A stretch of 40,354 bases of DNA. Origin: an uncultured bacterium. GTDB lineage: Bacteria; UBP7; UBA6624. A program made the position numbers and the translations under genes. Below are positions 17,246 to 25,398 of the stretch, one piece after another (the first letter of the stretch is position 1; each line of letters opens with the position of its first letter). Location: NCBI GenBank assembly GCA_964397735.1, contig CAYNKD010000001.1:12161-52514 (forward strand), in the 5' to 3' direction. The notes below the pieces were generated by a model, which searched no databases, had not been told where the DNA came from, and was given only the letters and a program-made list of their open reading frames with translations.

Positions 17246-17613
17246 ACCGTTACCTCCTTTTTCCATACGGGAAGTTTTTTTTTACATTCGTCAAGAATCC
17301 ATTTTGCCGATTCAAAGGCTTCCCTACTGTGCTTTGTTAAAACTCCAATTTGTATTGAAATTTCATTTGGTCTTATTTTTCCGGATCCATGTTTTATTAA
17401 GATGTGTTCTATTTCCCATTTTTTTTTAGCTTTTTTAATGATTTTTTCTCCTTCAGCCTCTATCATTTTTTCATATATTTCATAATTTATAAAACCAACC
17501 TTCTTCCCATTGTTTGGACTTCTAACAGTTCCTTCAAAAAGAACCCATGCTCCAGTAGATTCACTGAAAGGTCTTTTTAAACCCTTTAGATTTCCTTTTT
17601 GAAAGATTGTCAT
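17242..17613 (-). CDS. moaE: Molybdopterin synthase catalytic subunit MoaE.
   Basis: The patterns GAWVLFEGTVR and HSREAFESAKWILDECKKKLPVWKKE are present. ATG 17613 overlaps the moaD stop (ATGA). The ORF-track start at 17673 lies inside moaD. Confidence 0.85.
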   Translation of the reverse strand: MTIFQKGNLKGLKRPFSESTGAWVLFEGTVRSPNNGKKVGFINYEIYEKMIEAEGEKIIKKAKKKWEIEHILIKHGSGKIRPNEISIQIGVLTKHSREAFESAKWILDECKKKLPVWKKEVTV

Positions 17614-17831
17614 CCTCCTGACATGGGTGGCAAGAATGCCAATTCTGAATTCTCTGGGACAGTTGCATCCCATTTGCAGAATTCAAAATTTAATGCTGGT
17701 TTAATTTGTTCGATATTTAGATTTATTTCCTTGTCCCATACTTTTTTTGGAGTTATGTTTTTTTCCCAAGGTATTCTTTTTTCTTTCCATCCCAGGTCGC
17801 TTGAGAGGCTCCCGAATACTATTATTCTCAT
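17610..17831 (-). CDS. moaD: Molybdopterin synthase sulfur carrier subunit MoaD.
   Basis: The protein is 73 aa and ends in FLPPMSGG (C-terminal GlyGly). It lies between moaA and moaE. Confidence 0.8.
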   Translation of the reverse strand: MRIIVFGSLSSDLGWKEKRIPWEKNITPKKVWDKEINLNIEQIKPALNFEFCKWDATVPENSELAFLPPMSGG

Positions 17832-18812
17832 CTATCCTCCAATCTGAGACAAAGACATCCAGGTCTCTTCCTTGGTCTGTAGAGGATTATATGTTCTTTT
17901 ACTTTTTAAGGTTTCTTTCACTACCTGTCTTAGGTCTTCTATTTGATTTCTTCTTAATTTTTCTTTCAAGTCAACTCCTTCATTCTGATAAAGACAAACG
18001 GACAGTTTTCCATTACATGATATTCTCAATCTTGTACATTTGTGGCATCCAGGATCTGATGCAGCAGCTATTAATCCTATTTTTTGTTTTGAGTTTCTTG
18101 CCTTTCTGTATATTGCAGGACTTAATTTTGATTCAATAAGTTCAGTATTTTTTGGGAATATTCTTTGCAATTCTTTGTTAATTGTTTTTGCAGGGATGTA
18201 TTGATTTTCATGATATTCGGATGTGTTTTGGAATGACATAAGTTCTATGAAACGTAAATCAATTTTTTTATCATTTGAAAAATCAATAAAATTGGGAATT
18301 TCATGAAAATTTTCTCTTGTTATCACTGTATTTATTTTTATATTTTTAAACTCTAGATTTTCCGCTTTTTCCAAAGATTGCAAAACCTTACTCAAATCTC
18401 CATTTCCAGTCATTTTCCTAAATTTCTTTTCATCTAATGAATCTATGCTTATGTTTATATTGTCAATTCCAGACATTATTAAGCCACTTATTTTTTCGTT
18501 CAGATAATGGCCATTTGTCGTCATTGATATTTTTGGCCTTGGCGAAAGTGTTGAAAGCATGGAGATTAGCTTCTCCACACCCTTCCTAAGAAGAGGTTCC
18601 CCTCCGGTTAACCTTATTTTCTTCAAACCAATTAAATCATTAAATATTTTTGATAATCTGTAATGTTCTTCAAGCGTTAAAAAAGTCTCACTTTTAATGG
18701 AGTTGATATTCCCTTCCGGTAGGCAATACTTACATCTGTAATTGCATTTGTCAGTCAAGGAAAGTCTTAAGTATTCTTGCTTAATCAATTCATTCACCTT
18801 TCTCGATATCAA
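17832..18812 (-). CDS. moaA: GTP 3',8-cyclase MoaA (radical SAM).
   Basis: The motif LRLSLTDKCNYRCKYCLPEG (CxxxCxxC) is present, together with the C-terminal cluster CHKCTRLRISCNGKLSVC. Confidence 0.9.
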   Translation of the reverse strand: MISRKVNELIKQEYLRLSLTDKCNYRCKYCLPEGNINSIKSETFLTLEEHYRLSKIFNDLIGLKKIRLTGGEPLLRKGVEKLISMLSTLSPRPKISMTTNGHYLNEKISGLIMSGIDNINISIDSLDEKKFRKMTGNGDLSKVLQSLEKAENLEFKNIKINTVITRENFHEIPNFIDFSNDKKIDLRFIELMSFQNTSEYHENQYIPAKTINKELQRIFPKNTELIESKLSPAIYRKARNSKQKIGLIAAASDPGCHKCTRLRISCNGKLSVCLYQNEGVDLKEKLRRNQIEDLRQVVKETLKSKRTYNPLQTKEETWMSLSQIGG

Positions 18813-19221
18813 TTTTTTTTATTATTTCTTCCAAGGGTTCCGAATAGCTCCAAGGAATAATTTTTATTTTATGCTCAACGGATTTTAGAGCTGCTGCAAT
18901 AAGGATGTCTTCTTTTGGAAAAATGATTACATTTACGTTTTTTTCCGTATTTAGAATTTTATTTATTTCTATTGTTGCTTTTGGCAAAAATGTAAAGAAG
19001 TCAAAGATGTCTTTTTTGTTGGGAATGTATTTGATTGTCAAATGATGATGTCCATCTTTTTCATTCAATATTTTTCTTTCGTCCCATTTTTTTGAAGTTC
19101 CTGCAATCCATAGAACTTCAAATTTCTCTATTTTTGAAAGTTTTTTTGCCAATTCCCAGCAAATAGAAGAAGAGCCTTTCTCGTTTGGGCTTATTGTTCT
19201 TGATACGGAAATTATTTTCAT
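18790..19221 (-). CDS. Hypothetical 143-aa protein resembling only the N-terminal half of a GT-B (GT4-like) glycosyltransferase.
   Basis: The MKIISVS...WELAKKLSKIEKFEVLWIAG pattern resembles the first Rossmann domain of GT4 enzymes. No C-terminal catalytic domain follows. It overlaps moaA by 23 nt and glcD-like by 4 nt. Confidence 0.4.
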   Translation of the reverse strand: MKIISVSRTISPNEKGSSSICWELAKKLSKIEKFEVLWIAGTSKKWDERKILNEKDGHHHLTIKYIPNKKDIFDFFTFLPKATIEINKILNTEKNVNVIIFPKEDILIAAALKSVEHKIKIIPWSYSEPLEEIIKKIDIEKGE

Positions 19222-20558
19222 TTAAATATTTTTCCCGGATTCATGATTCCAAAAGGATCGAATACATTTTTTATTTTTTTCATTTTTTGAATTTTTATCA
19301 AGTCTGTATTTTCATAAAATGATTCTTTTTTAGCTAAGCCTATCCCATGTTCTCCAGTTATTGTTCCATTCATCTTTACGGCTTCATTCAATATTTCAAA
19401 CCTGGCATTTTTCATTTTTTTTGAGTAGTCTAAATTTTTTTCAATAATGAATTGTGGATGCAAGTTCCCATCTCCACCATGCCCCATTGTAAAAATTTCA
19501 ATTTTATATTTTTTTGAAATTAGATCAATTTTTTTTACCATTTTAGACAAAGACCCAACAGGAACGGTTATATCTTCTACATGAACTTTTCCTAATTTTT
19601 TTAGACTTTCTAAAACTCCTCTTCTTGCTATCCAAAGCTTATCTCTTTCTTTTTTTGAAAAAGAGTATCTGAAATCAATTGATTTTTTTTTGATGATTGG
19701 TTTAATTTTTTCAACCTCTTCTTCAACTTTTTTTTTATTTCCAGAACACTCACAAAGTAGTAATGAGCAATCTTTTCCTAAGTTTAGATTGTGATGGTTG
19801 TTAACTGCTCCTAGTGTTTTATTGTCAAGTATCTCCAGTGCTTGAGGCAAAAATCCTTCTTTTCTTATTTCTTCAACTTTTTTTGCAGCTATGTCGAAGT
19901 TTTTATAAGTAGCAATTATTGTCGCATTGGATTTTGGAATTTTACAAATCTTCAAATATGAGTTTGTGATTACTCCCAGCGTTCCTTCACTTCCAATAAA
20001 AAGATTTGTCATATCGTATCCAGAGACATCCTTTATGGCCTTGCTGCCCGTTCTGAAAAAATCCCCATTTCCATCTATAACATCAAGACTTAAAACCCAA
20101 TTGTTTGTTACCCCGTATTTGAGGCATGAAATTCCACCTGCATTAGTTGCGAGATTGCCTCCAATAGTGCATTCTTTCCAGCTCGATGGATCAGGAGGCC
20201 AAAAAAATCCTTCTTTTTCCAACTTTTTTTGAAGATCTGAATTAATTACCCCGGGTTCACATTCAACCATTAAATCATTTTTAGATATTTTTATTTTCTT
20301 CATTTCTTTCAAATCCAAAATTATTCCTTTCCCAACAGCTCCTCCTGCAAGCCCTGTTCCAGAGCCCCTGGGAATAATTCCAATTTTCTCTTTTCTTGCC
20401 CATCTAACTAATTTGACTATTTGGGATTTTCTCCTAGGCGTGACAATTGCAAATGGCTTTATTGAAATCAGGCTTTCGTCTTTTGAATATTTTTTTATTG
20501 CTTCATCAGACAAAAATAAATCATTTTGAAATATTTTTTTTAAAAAAGAAATTCTCAT
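19218..20558 (-). CDS. FAD-linked oxidase, GlcD / D-lactate dehydrogenase family.
   Basis: The FAD-binding PCMH pattern is PRGSGTGLAGGAV. The C-terminal pattern is GTITGEHGIGLAKK...DPFGIMNPGKIF. Confidence 0.8.
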   Translation of the reverse strand: MRISFLKKIFQNDLFLSDEAIKKYSKDESLISIKPFAIVTPRRKSQIVKLVRWARKEKIGIIPRGSGTGLAGGAVGKGIILDLKEMKKIKISKNDLMVECEPGVINSDLQKKLEKEGFFWPPDPSSWKECTIGGNLATNAGGISCLKYGVTNNWVLSLDVIDGNGDFFRTGSKAIKDVSGYDMTNLFIGSEGTLGVITNSYLKICKIPKSNATIIATYKNFDIAAKKVEEIRKEGFLPQALEILDNKTLGAVNNHHNLNLGKDCSLLLCECSGNKKKVEEEVEKIKPIIKKKSIDFRYSFSKKERDKLWIARRGVLESLKKLGKVHVEDITVPVGSLSKMVKKIDLISKKYKIEIFTMGHGGDGNLHPQFIIEKNLDYSKKMKNARFEILNEAVKMNGTITGEHGIGLAKKESFYENTDLIKIQKMKKIKNVFDPFGIMNPGKIFK

Positions 20559-21055
20559 GCTTGGATGTTGTTTTTTAATTTGTATTCATCTATAAATTTG
20601 AGATGACAGTGAAAAATTATCTGCGGAAGGTTGTTTATCTCAAAAAAACCTAATTCCTCAGCATCATCACCTGCTTTTAATTGAGAAAAGTCATTGACTT
20701 TCATTTCAACACCTATTGACAATATGTCTCCAAACATTGTTCCGTAATGAGAGCAAGTTGATAGCATATTGGTGACCCTTCCATTTAAATTAGTTTCTTC
20801 CTTGAGTTCTCGTCGTGCAGCTTCTTCAAGGGTTTCATTCATCTCCATAAAGCCTCCAGGCAAGCCCCATTCTCCTTTTGCTGGTTCAAAAGCTCTTTTT
20901 GCAAGAAGGATTCTTTCCCCTTTCATGCAGATAATAGTTGCTGTTGGTTTTGGGTTTTGATAATGAATAGAAAGGCAGTTTTCGCAATGATACCTATCAT
21001 TGCCATCGATAAAACTAAATGTATTTTTTTTGCCACATTTTGAACAATATTTCAT
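20555..21055 (-). CDS. NUDIX hydrolase with an N-terminal zinc ribbon.
   Basis: The zinc ribbon is CSKCG...CENC. The Nudix box is GLPGGFMEMNETLEEAARRELKEETNL. Confidence 0.85.
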   Translation of the reverse strand: MKYCSKCGKKNTFSFIDGNDRYHCENCLSIHYQNPKPTATIICMKGERILLAKRAFEPAKGEWGLPGGFMEMNETLEEAARRELKEETNLNGRVTNMLSTCSHYGTMFGDILSIGVEMKVNDFSQLKAGDDAEELGFFEINNLPQIIFHCHLKFIDEYKLKNNIQA

Positions 21056-21077
21056 TTTTTATTAAAAAAATAATTTT

Positions 21078-22028
21078 TCAACTTGTGGAAAGGCCTAATT
21101 TTTTAAATATGCCCTCATAGTTGATTTTCCTGGAGGAAGAGTTGATTCTGTTTGCACTCATTCCAAGAGATATGTTGATTAAATCAGTTGCATACATTAC
21201 CGGTATGGGTTTCTTGTCAATTCCCAAGGTTTTCATTATTGTTTCTTGGTATGTGTCAATTGCTTCAAGGCCTCTTGGGTCCAAGGTTGCAATAACCTCA
21301 GCATCGCTTTCATGAGCATCTTTAATGACTGGACCAATAATCTTTAGAGCATAATCTTTTGTCAGTTTGTTGAAAGAAGAAGAATTTTCATTCCTTAGTT
21401 GGATTGTTAGGTAGCCACCGAGCCACCTGTTAAAAGAACCCCAGTTAACGCATTTCCCGCCTGTCTTGTGAATTAGAGAGGAAACAATCATTGGATTGTC
21501 TGGATGGTCAGATTTAATTTCCGACATTGGTCGCATAAGTTCAGGGGGTGTGTGTAGGGCTATTCTTAAAGGGTCAAATTCTTCATCTCTATCATTTCCT
21601 AGTTTTCTTATGATAAGTCTGTCAAATTTTTTACCTCCAGTCTGCAGCTTCATAAGGTGGAGAATGTTTACAGCTTTAAATCTTCCAGAATATTCAATTC
21701 CGAGAGATTCAATCATTTTGTCTTTTGCATTTGCATAAGAAGGATCTCGAAGCCTCTTTATAGCTTTTCTATAAACTTGATAAAGCAATGGGTCTGCTAT
21801 AAATAATTTATCATTTCTTGTAGTTTTTTCAGCTATACATAAATTCCTTAAAGTGTACCCAATGAATTTTTTTTCATCTGTGAGATAAGGGCCTTCTTCA
21901 CCTGTATCGCTCCAGTTTTGTATAGTTTCATCATCAATTCCCAATTGCCTCAAACAAACAGACATACTGCTTTCGAAATCTTTGTAAACAGAGGAAAGGA
22001 TTCCTGATTTGATTAATGTAACCTTCAT
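21078..22028 (-). CDS. HdrB/CCG-domain-like protein lacking the CCG-motif cysteines.
   Basis: It is colinear with HdrB as I remember it. LRNLCIAEK matches ARN.xIAE, RIALHTPPELMRP matches VHYGCHFLKP, EVIATLDPRGLEAID matches VNVCPFCHLQFD, and IPVMYATDLINISLGMS matches PVLHL.QLLGLAMG. Only 3 Cys occur in 316 aa. Confidence 0.6.
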   Translation of the reverse strand: MKVTLIKSGILSSVYKDFESSMSVCLRQLGIDDETIQNWSDTGEEGPYLTDEKKFIGYTLRNLCIAEKTTRNDKLFIADPLLYQVYRKAIKRLRDPSYANAKDKMIESLGIEYSGRFKAVNILHLMKLQTGGKKFDRLIIRKLGNDRDEEFDPLRIALHTPPELMRPMSEIKSDHPDNPMIVSSLIHKTGGKCVNWGSFNRWLGGYLTIQLRNENSSSFNKLTKDYALKIIGPVIKDAHESDAEVIATLDPRGLEAIDTYQETIMKTLGIDKKPIPVMYATDLINISLGMSANRINSSSRKINYEGIFKKLGLSTS

Positions 22029-22576
22029 TCTGTTTTTTCCTCAAGTGAATCTTTGAATGTGAAAAATCCTGGAAGATCTTGGATTTCTCTAAGTGGAGTT
22101 CTTTCTTCTTCCTCTTCTTCTTCTCCACGCAATAATTTTTGGAAGAATCCCTTTTTCTTTTCTTCTTTTTGTTTTATTTTTTCCAAACCAACATCAGTTG
22201 GTTGAAGCCTTCCCCAATTGTCTAAGGGAGAAATAAAGGAGTTGTAAAATTGAAAAATTGGGTTGTTTTTTGGAGCCATATTTCTTTTTACAGACTCAAA
22301 TCTTAACCACTCTAAGACCCTTTCAAGATCAATGTCATGTGGAGCAATATCTGTTGCACAAAAAACATCTTGCATTAGCCAAATATCTATTGACGACAAT
22401 ACAGATTCATCATTGTTTATTACACTGTCAATAATTCTCGATAATCCATTTTTACAAATATTTCTGGAAGACATTGACCCATCTCCGGACCACCAATGCC
22501 TTAAAGGAGAAAGGTTTATACCTGTATCTTTTTCTAGTTTTTCATGTAAAGTGGTTTCTTTTGAGTCTTTTTCCAT
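22025..22576 (-). CDS. HdrC-like helical-ferredoxin-fold protein lacking the Fe-S cysteines, with a poly-Glu tract.
   Basis: SIDIWLMQDVFCATDIAPHDIDLERVLEWLRFES matches LW.C..C..C..RCP..V.I.D....LR. LRHWWSGDGSMSSRN lies where C..C..C...CP sits. It overlaps the HdrB-like gene by 4 nt. I chose ATG 22576 over the track's TTG 22603. Confidence 0.55.
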   Translation of the reverse strand: MEKDSKETTLHEKLEKDTGINLSPLRHWWSGDGSMSSRNICKNGLSRIIDSVINNDESVLSSIDIWLMQDVFCATDIAPHDIDLERVLEWLRFESVKRNMAPKNNPIFQFYNSFISPLDNWGRLQPTDVGLEKIKQKEEKKKGFFQKLLRGEEEEEEERTPLREIQDLPGFFTFKDSLEEKTE

Positions 22577-22631
22577 GATTTGAATTCTATTGTTTTTTAA
22601 CAATATTATTGTTTAATTTAGAATATTCCCA

Positions 22632-23798
22632 ATGAGATTTACTCGTGCAATTAAAAGTTTGAAGCCTGAGGGGGCTTTTGTTGTTCTTGCAAAAGCGAAA
22701 GAACTGGAGGCAGAAGGTAAGAAAATAATTCATTTAGATATTGGACAACCTGATTTTCCAACCCCTAAACATATTGTCGAAAGCGCAAAAAAATCCTTAG
22801 ATCAAATTTGGACACATGGATACACTCCATCTTTAGGGGTTATGGATTTGAGGATTGCTATTGCTGAAGATCTTTCTGCAAGGAGGGGTGTTGGTTTTTC
22901 TGCTGATGAAATTATTGTTTGCCCTGGTGCTAAGCCAGCATTGATGGCCACTGTTTTAGCTTTAGTAGAACCTGGAAAAAAGCTCTTGTATCCAGACCCA
23001 GGTTTCCCTTCTTACCACTCTCTTGCGTCTTTCGTGAAGGCTCAAGGTGTAGGAGTCCCTCTTTTAGAAAAGAATGGATTTGCTTTTGATCTGAATTTTT
23101 TAGAAAAAGAAATCAAAGGATCCTCATTGCTCATATTGAATTCTCCAGCAAATCCGACAGGGGGGATATTAAAGAAAGAAGATTTGGAAATCATAGCAAG
23201 TTTATGCATTGAGAATAATGTTACAGTTTTAAGCGATGAGGTGTATTCAAGAATGTGCTATGACGGAGAGCATGTTTCAATTGCAACAATTCCAGGAATG
23301 AAAGAAAGAACTGTTGTGATTGACGGTTTCTCTAAAACCTATGCTATGACCGGATGGAGAGCTGGATATGCTGCAGCTGATAGGAAATTGATTGACAAGT
23401 TGGGATTGTTTATGAACAACAACACATCATGTGTCAATGGAATGACGCAAGCGGCTTGTATTGAAGCAATTAGGGGGAGTCAGGATCCGAGCGAAATGAT
23501 GATTGAAGAATTCAAGAAAAGAAGAACTCTTATAGTTGATGGGCTAAATGATGTCCCTGGTTTTTCTTGCAAGAATCCCGGAGGTGCCTTTTATGCTTTT
23601 CCAAACATCAAAAATACAAACCTAAGTGGAAAGAAAATTAGTGACCATATGCTGGAAAAAGGTGTTGCTCTACTGCCGGGCGAGGATTTTGGGAGACATG
23701 GGGAGGGCTATATACGACTTTCCTATGCTAATTCAAGAGAAAATATACTGCAAGCAATAGATATGCTTATTGAAGAGATTCCAAAAATATCTAGATAA
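22632..23798 (+). CDS. Class I/II pyridoxal-phosphate aminotransferase (aspartate aminotransferase-like).
   Basis: Motifs seen are NSPANPTGG, SDEVYSRM, FSKTYAMTGWRAGY (PLP Lys present) and IRLSYA. Confidence 0.85.
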   Translation: MRFTRAIKSLKPEGAFVVLAKAKELEAEGKKIIHLDIGQPDFPTPKHIVESAKKSLDQIWTHGYTPSLGVMDLRIAIAEDLSARRGVGFSADEIIVCPGAKPALMATVLALVEPGKKLLYPDPGFPSYHSLASFVKAQGVGVPLLEKNGFAFDLNFLEKEIKGSSLLILNSPANPTGGILKKEDLEIIASLCIENNVTVLSDEVYSRMCYDGEHVSIATIPGMKERTVVIDGFSKTYAMTGWRAGYAAADRKLIDKLGLFMNNNTSCVNGMTQAACIEAIRGSQDPSEMMIEEFKKRRTLIVDGLNDVPGFSCKNPGGAFYAFPNIKNTNLSGKKISDHMLEKGVALLPGEDFGRHGEGYIRLSYANSRENILQAIDMLIEEIPKISR

Positions 23799-24683
23799 TT
23801 GAAAAATAAAGAAATTTCAGATATTTTAGAAAATTCAATTCCAGTTCTTTATAGAGAAATGCTAGGGGCTAGAGATTGCTCTCCTAAAACTCTTGAAGCC
23901 TATACGAGACATTGGAAGATATTTATTGAATTAATCAAATCAAACCAATTAGGAAGCAACAGTAAGAATTATGTTCAAATGTATATGTTGAATTTGAGCG
24001 ATAAAAATCTATCAGCTCCTTCTATAGATCAGGCTTTGTCTGCAGTAAGGACTTTGTTAAAGTTTGTTTTTTTAAGAGGTGGACCTCAAGTAAATTTAGG
24101 AAAAAACATTAAAACAAAAAAGATTGATAAATTACCAAAAATTCTTTCAGAAGAAGAAGTTGAGAATGCTATTAAATATTATTCTGAAGAAAATGATTTA
24201 AAGCTAAGGAACAGAACTCTTTTGGAGATGTTGTATTCAAGTGGGCTTAGGGTCAGCGAGGCTGTTTCAATTGAAATAAAAGACATTTATCTTTTGGAAG
24301 GTTATATACGCATAAAAGGGAAGGGTAGTAAATACAGGCAGGTTCCAATAGGGAGAGAGGCTTTATCTTGGGTAAAAAAACAGATGAGCAAGACTGAAGG
24401 CAGGTTTTTATTTCCAAGCAGGAAGAAAGAAGGCCATATAACAAGAAAGACAGCCTTCGTGATTGTCAAAGAAGCATTGAGGTCTATTGGTATTGATCAA
24501 GCAGGGTATGGTCCTCATGTTTTTAGGCATGCATTTGCATCACACTTGCTAGCAAGAGGTGCTGACTTGAGGGTTATTCAAGAGCTTTTAGGGCATGCTG
24601 ATTTAGAGACAACTCAAATTTATACTCATCTTCTGGAAAAAAATGTCAGATCCTCTTGGCAACAGTTTCATCCACATGCATAA
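23799..24683 (+). CDS. Tyrosine site-specific recombinase, XerC/XerD family.
   Basis: Motifs seen are LYSSGLRVSEA, HVFRHAFASHLLARGADLRVIQELLGHADLETTQIYTHL (R, HxxR, H and Y all present). The TTG start abuts the upstream stop. Confidence 0.85.
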   Translation: MKNKEISDILENSIPVLYREMLGARDCSPKTLEAYTRHWKIFIELIKSNQLGSNSKNYVQMYMLNLSDKNLSAPSIDQALSAVRTLLKFVFLRGGPQVNLGKNIKTKKIDKLPKILSEEEVENAIKYYSEENDLKLRNRTLLEMLYSSGLRVSEAVSIEIKDIYLLEGYIRIKGKGSKYRQVPIGREALSWVKKQMSKTEGRFLFPSRKKEGHITRKTAFVIVKEALRSIGIDQAGYGPHVFRHAFASHLLARGADLRVIQELLGHADLETTQIYTHLLEKNVRSSWQQFHPHA

Positions 24684-24708
24684 AATTAAATTATCTATAA
24701 TCTAACTA

Positions 24709-25398
24709 ATGCATTTTTTTATTTTTTTGAATTTTATTTTTTCTCCTTCTATCGAGTTTCGAGGAGAGCCGATGTATTTTTCTCATATTGGAGATAAAAC
24801 TCAAATTGAATTACCACAAGGTGGGGATATCTTTGCTGAGGATTTTTCAATAAAGATTGGTTATTTGTTCAGTGAATATGATTCGAAAGGAGAGGTTTAC
24901 GGAAAGGGGTCTGATGGTGTGTTTTTCTCAAACAGCTCTTCTTCACTATTTGGACAAGATTTGTCTTTTGATAATTACACATTGAGTATATCTGGAGATG
25001 TCAAAGGTTCTTTTGAGAATGTTGTTGAATTTGAGTCTGATTCGGTTTTTTTAGATATTGAAAAAAATAATTTCCTTTTTAAAAAAATAGAAAGAAGCCC
25101 AACTTTCCTCTACAAGGATTTTTTAATGAGGGGAAATTTAATTAACCTTGATTTAACAGCAGGGTCTTTTGAGGGGAAGGAAGATATTTATTTTGAATTT
25201 CATAATCGTTCAAATTCTTTTATTGGAAATGCTGATTCCTTTCATGCAGGGTTAGAAGAAAATTTAGTTTATTTTTCTAATATTTTTTTAAGCAACGGTG
25301 AAGAGTATGATATGAAATCTGAATATATTAAAATCAATATTGAAACTATGCAATTGGAATCTAATGGAAGTTTTGAATTAGTAATTAAAAATGATTAG
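24709..25398 (+). CDS. Hypothetical secreted or envelope protein.
   Basis: The ORF is intact with a hydrophobic N-terminus and a beta-rich, Ser/Phe/Asn-rich composition. It overlaps the next gene by 8 nt. I recognise no motif. Confidence 0.45.
   Translation: MHFFIFLNFIFSPSIEFRGEPMYFSHIGDKTQIELPQGGDIFAEDFSIKIGYLFSEYDSKGEVYGKGSDGVFFSNSSSSLFGQDLSFDNYTLSISGDVKGSFENVVEFESDSVFLDIEKNNFLFKKIERSPTFLYKDFLMRGNLINLDLTAGSFEGKEDIYFEFHNRSNSFIGNADSFHAGLEENLVYFSNIFLSNGEEYDMKSEYIKINIETMQLESNGSFELVIKND

Noticed and set aside
3996-17673. The long N-terminal extensions offered by the ORF track for grpE (4059), rpoZ (4597), the nifS-like gene (13615), tusA (14684), the UPF0104 membrane protein (16108), moaC (17266) and moaE (17673).
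   Set aside because: These starts fall inside the neighbouring genes or add non-conserved leaders. Downstream starts give family-typical N-termini and classic overlap junctions (ATGA, TTGA, TAATG).
23799-24683. The tyrosine recombinase as a marker of an integrated mobile element.
   Set aside because: It has the XerC/XerD-type sequence and size. It abuts housekeeping genes with no spacer, and no att-like direct repeats, tRNA or phage/IS genes are nearby.
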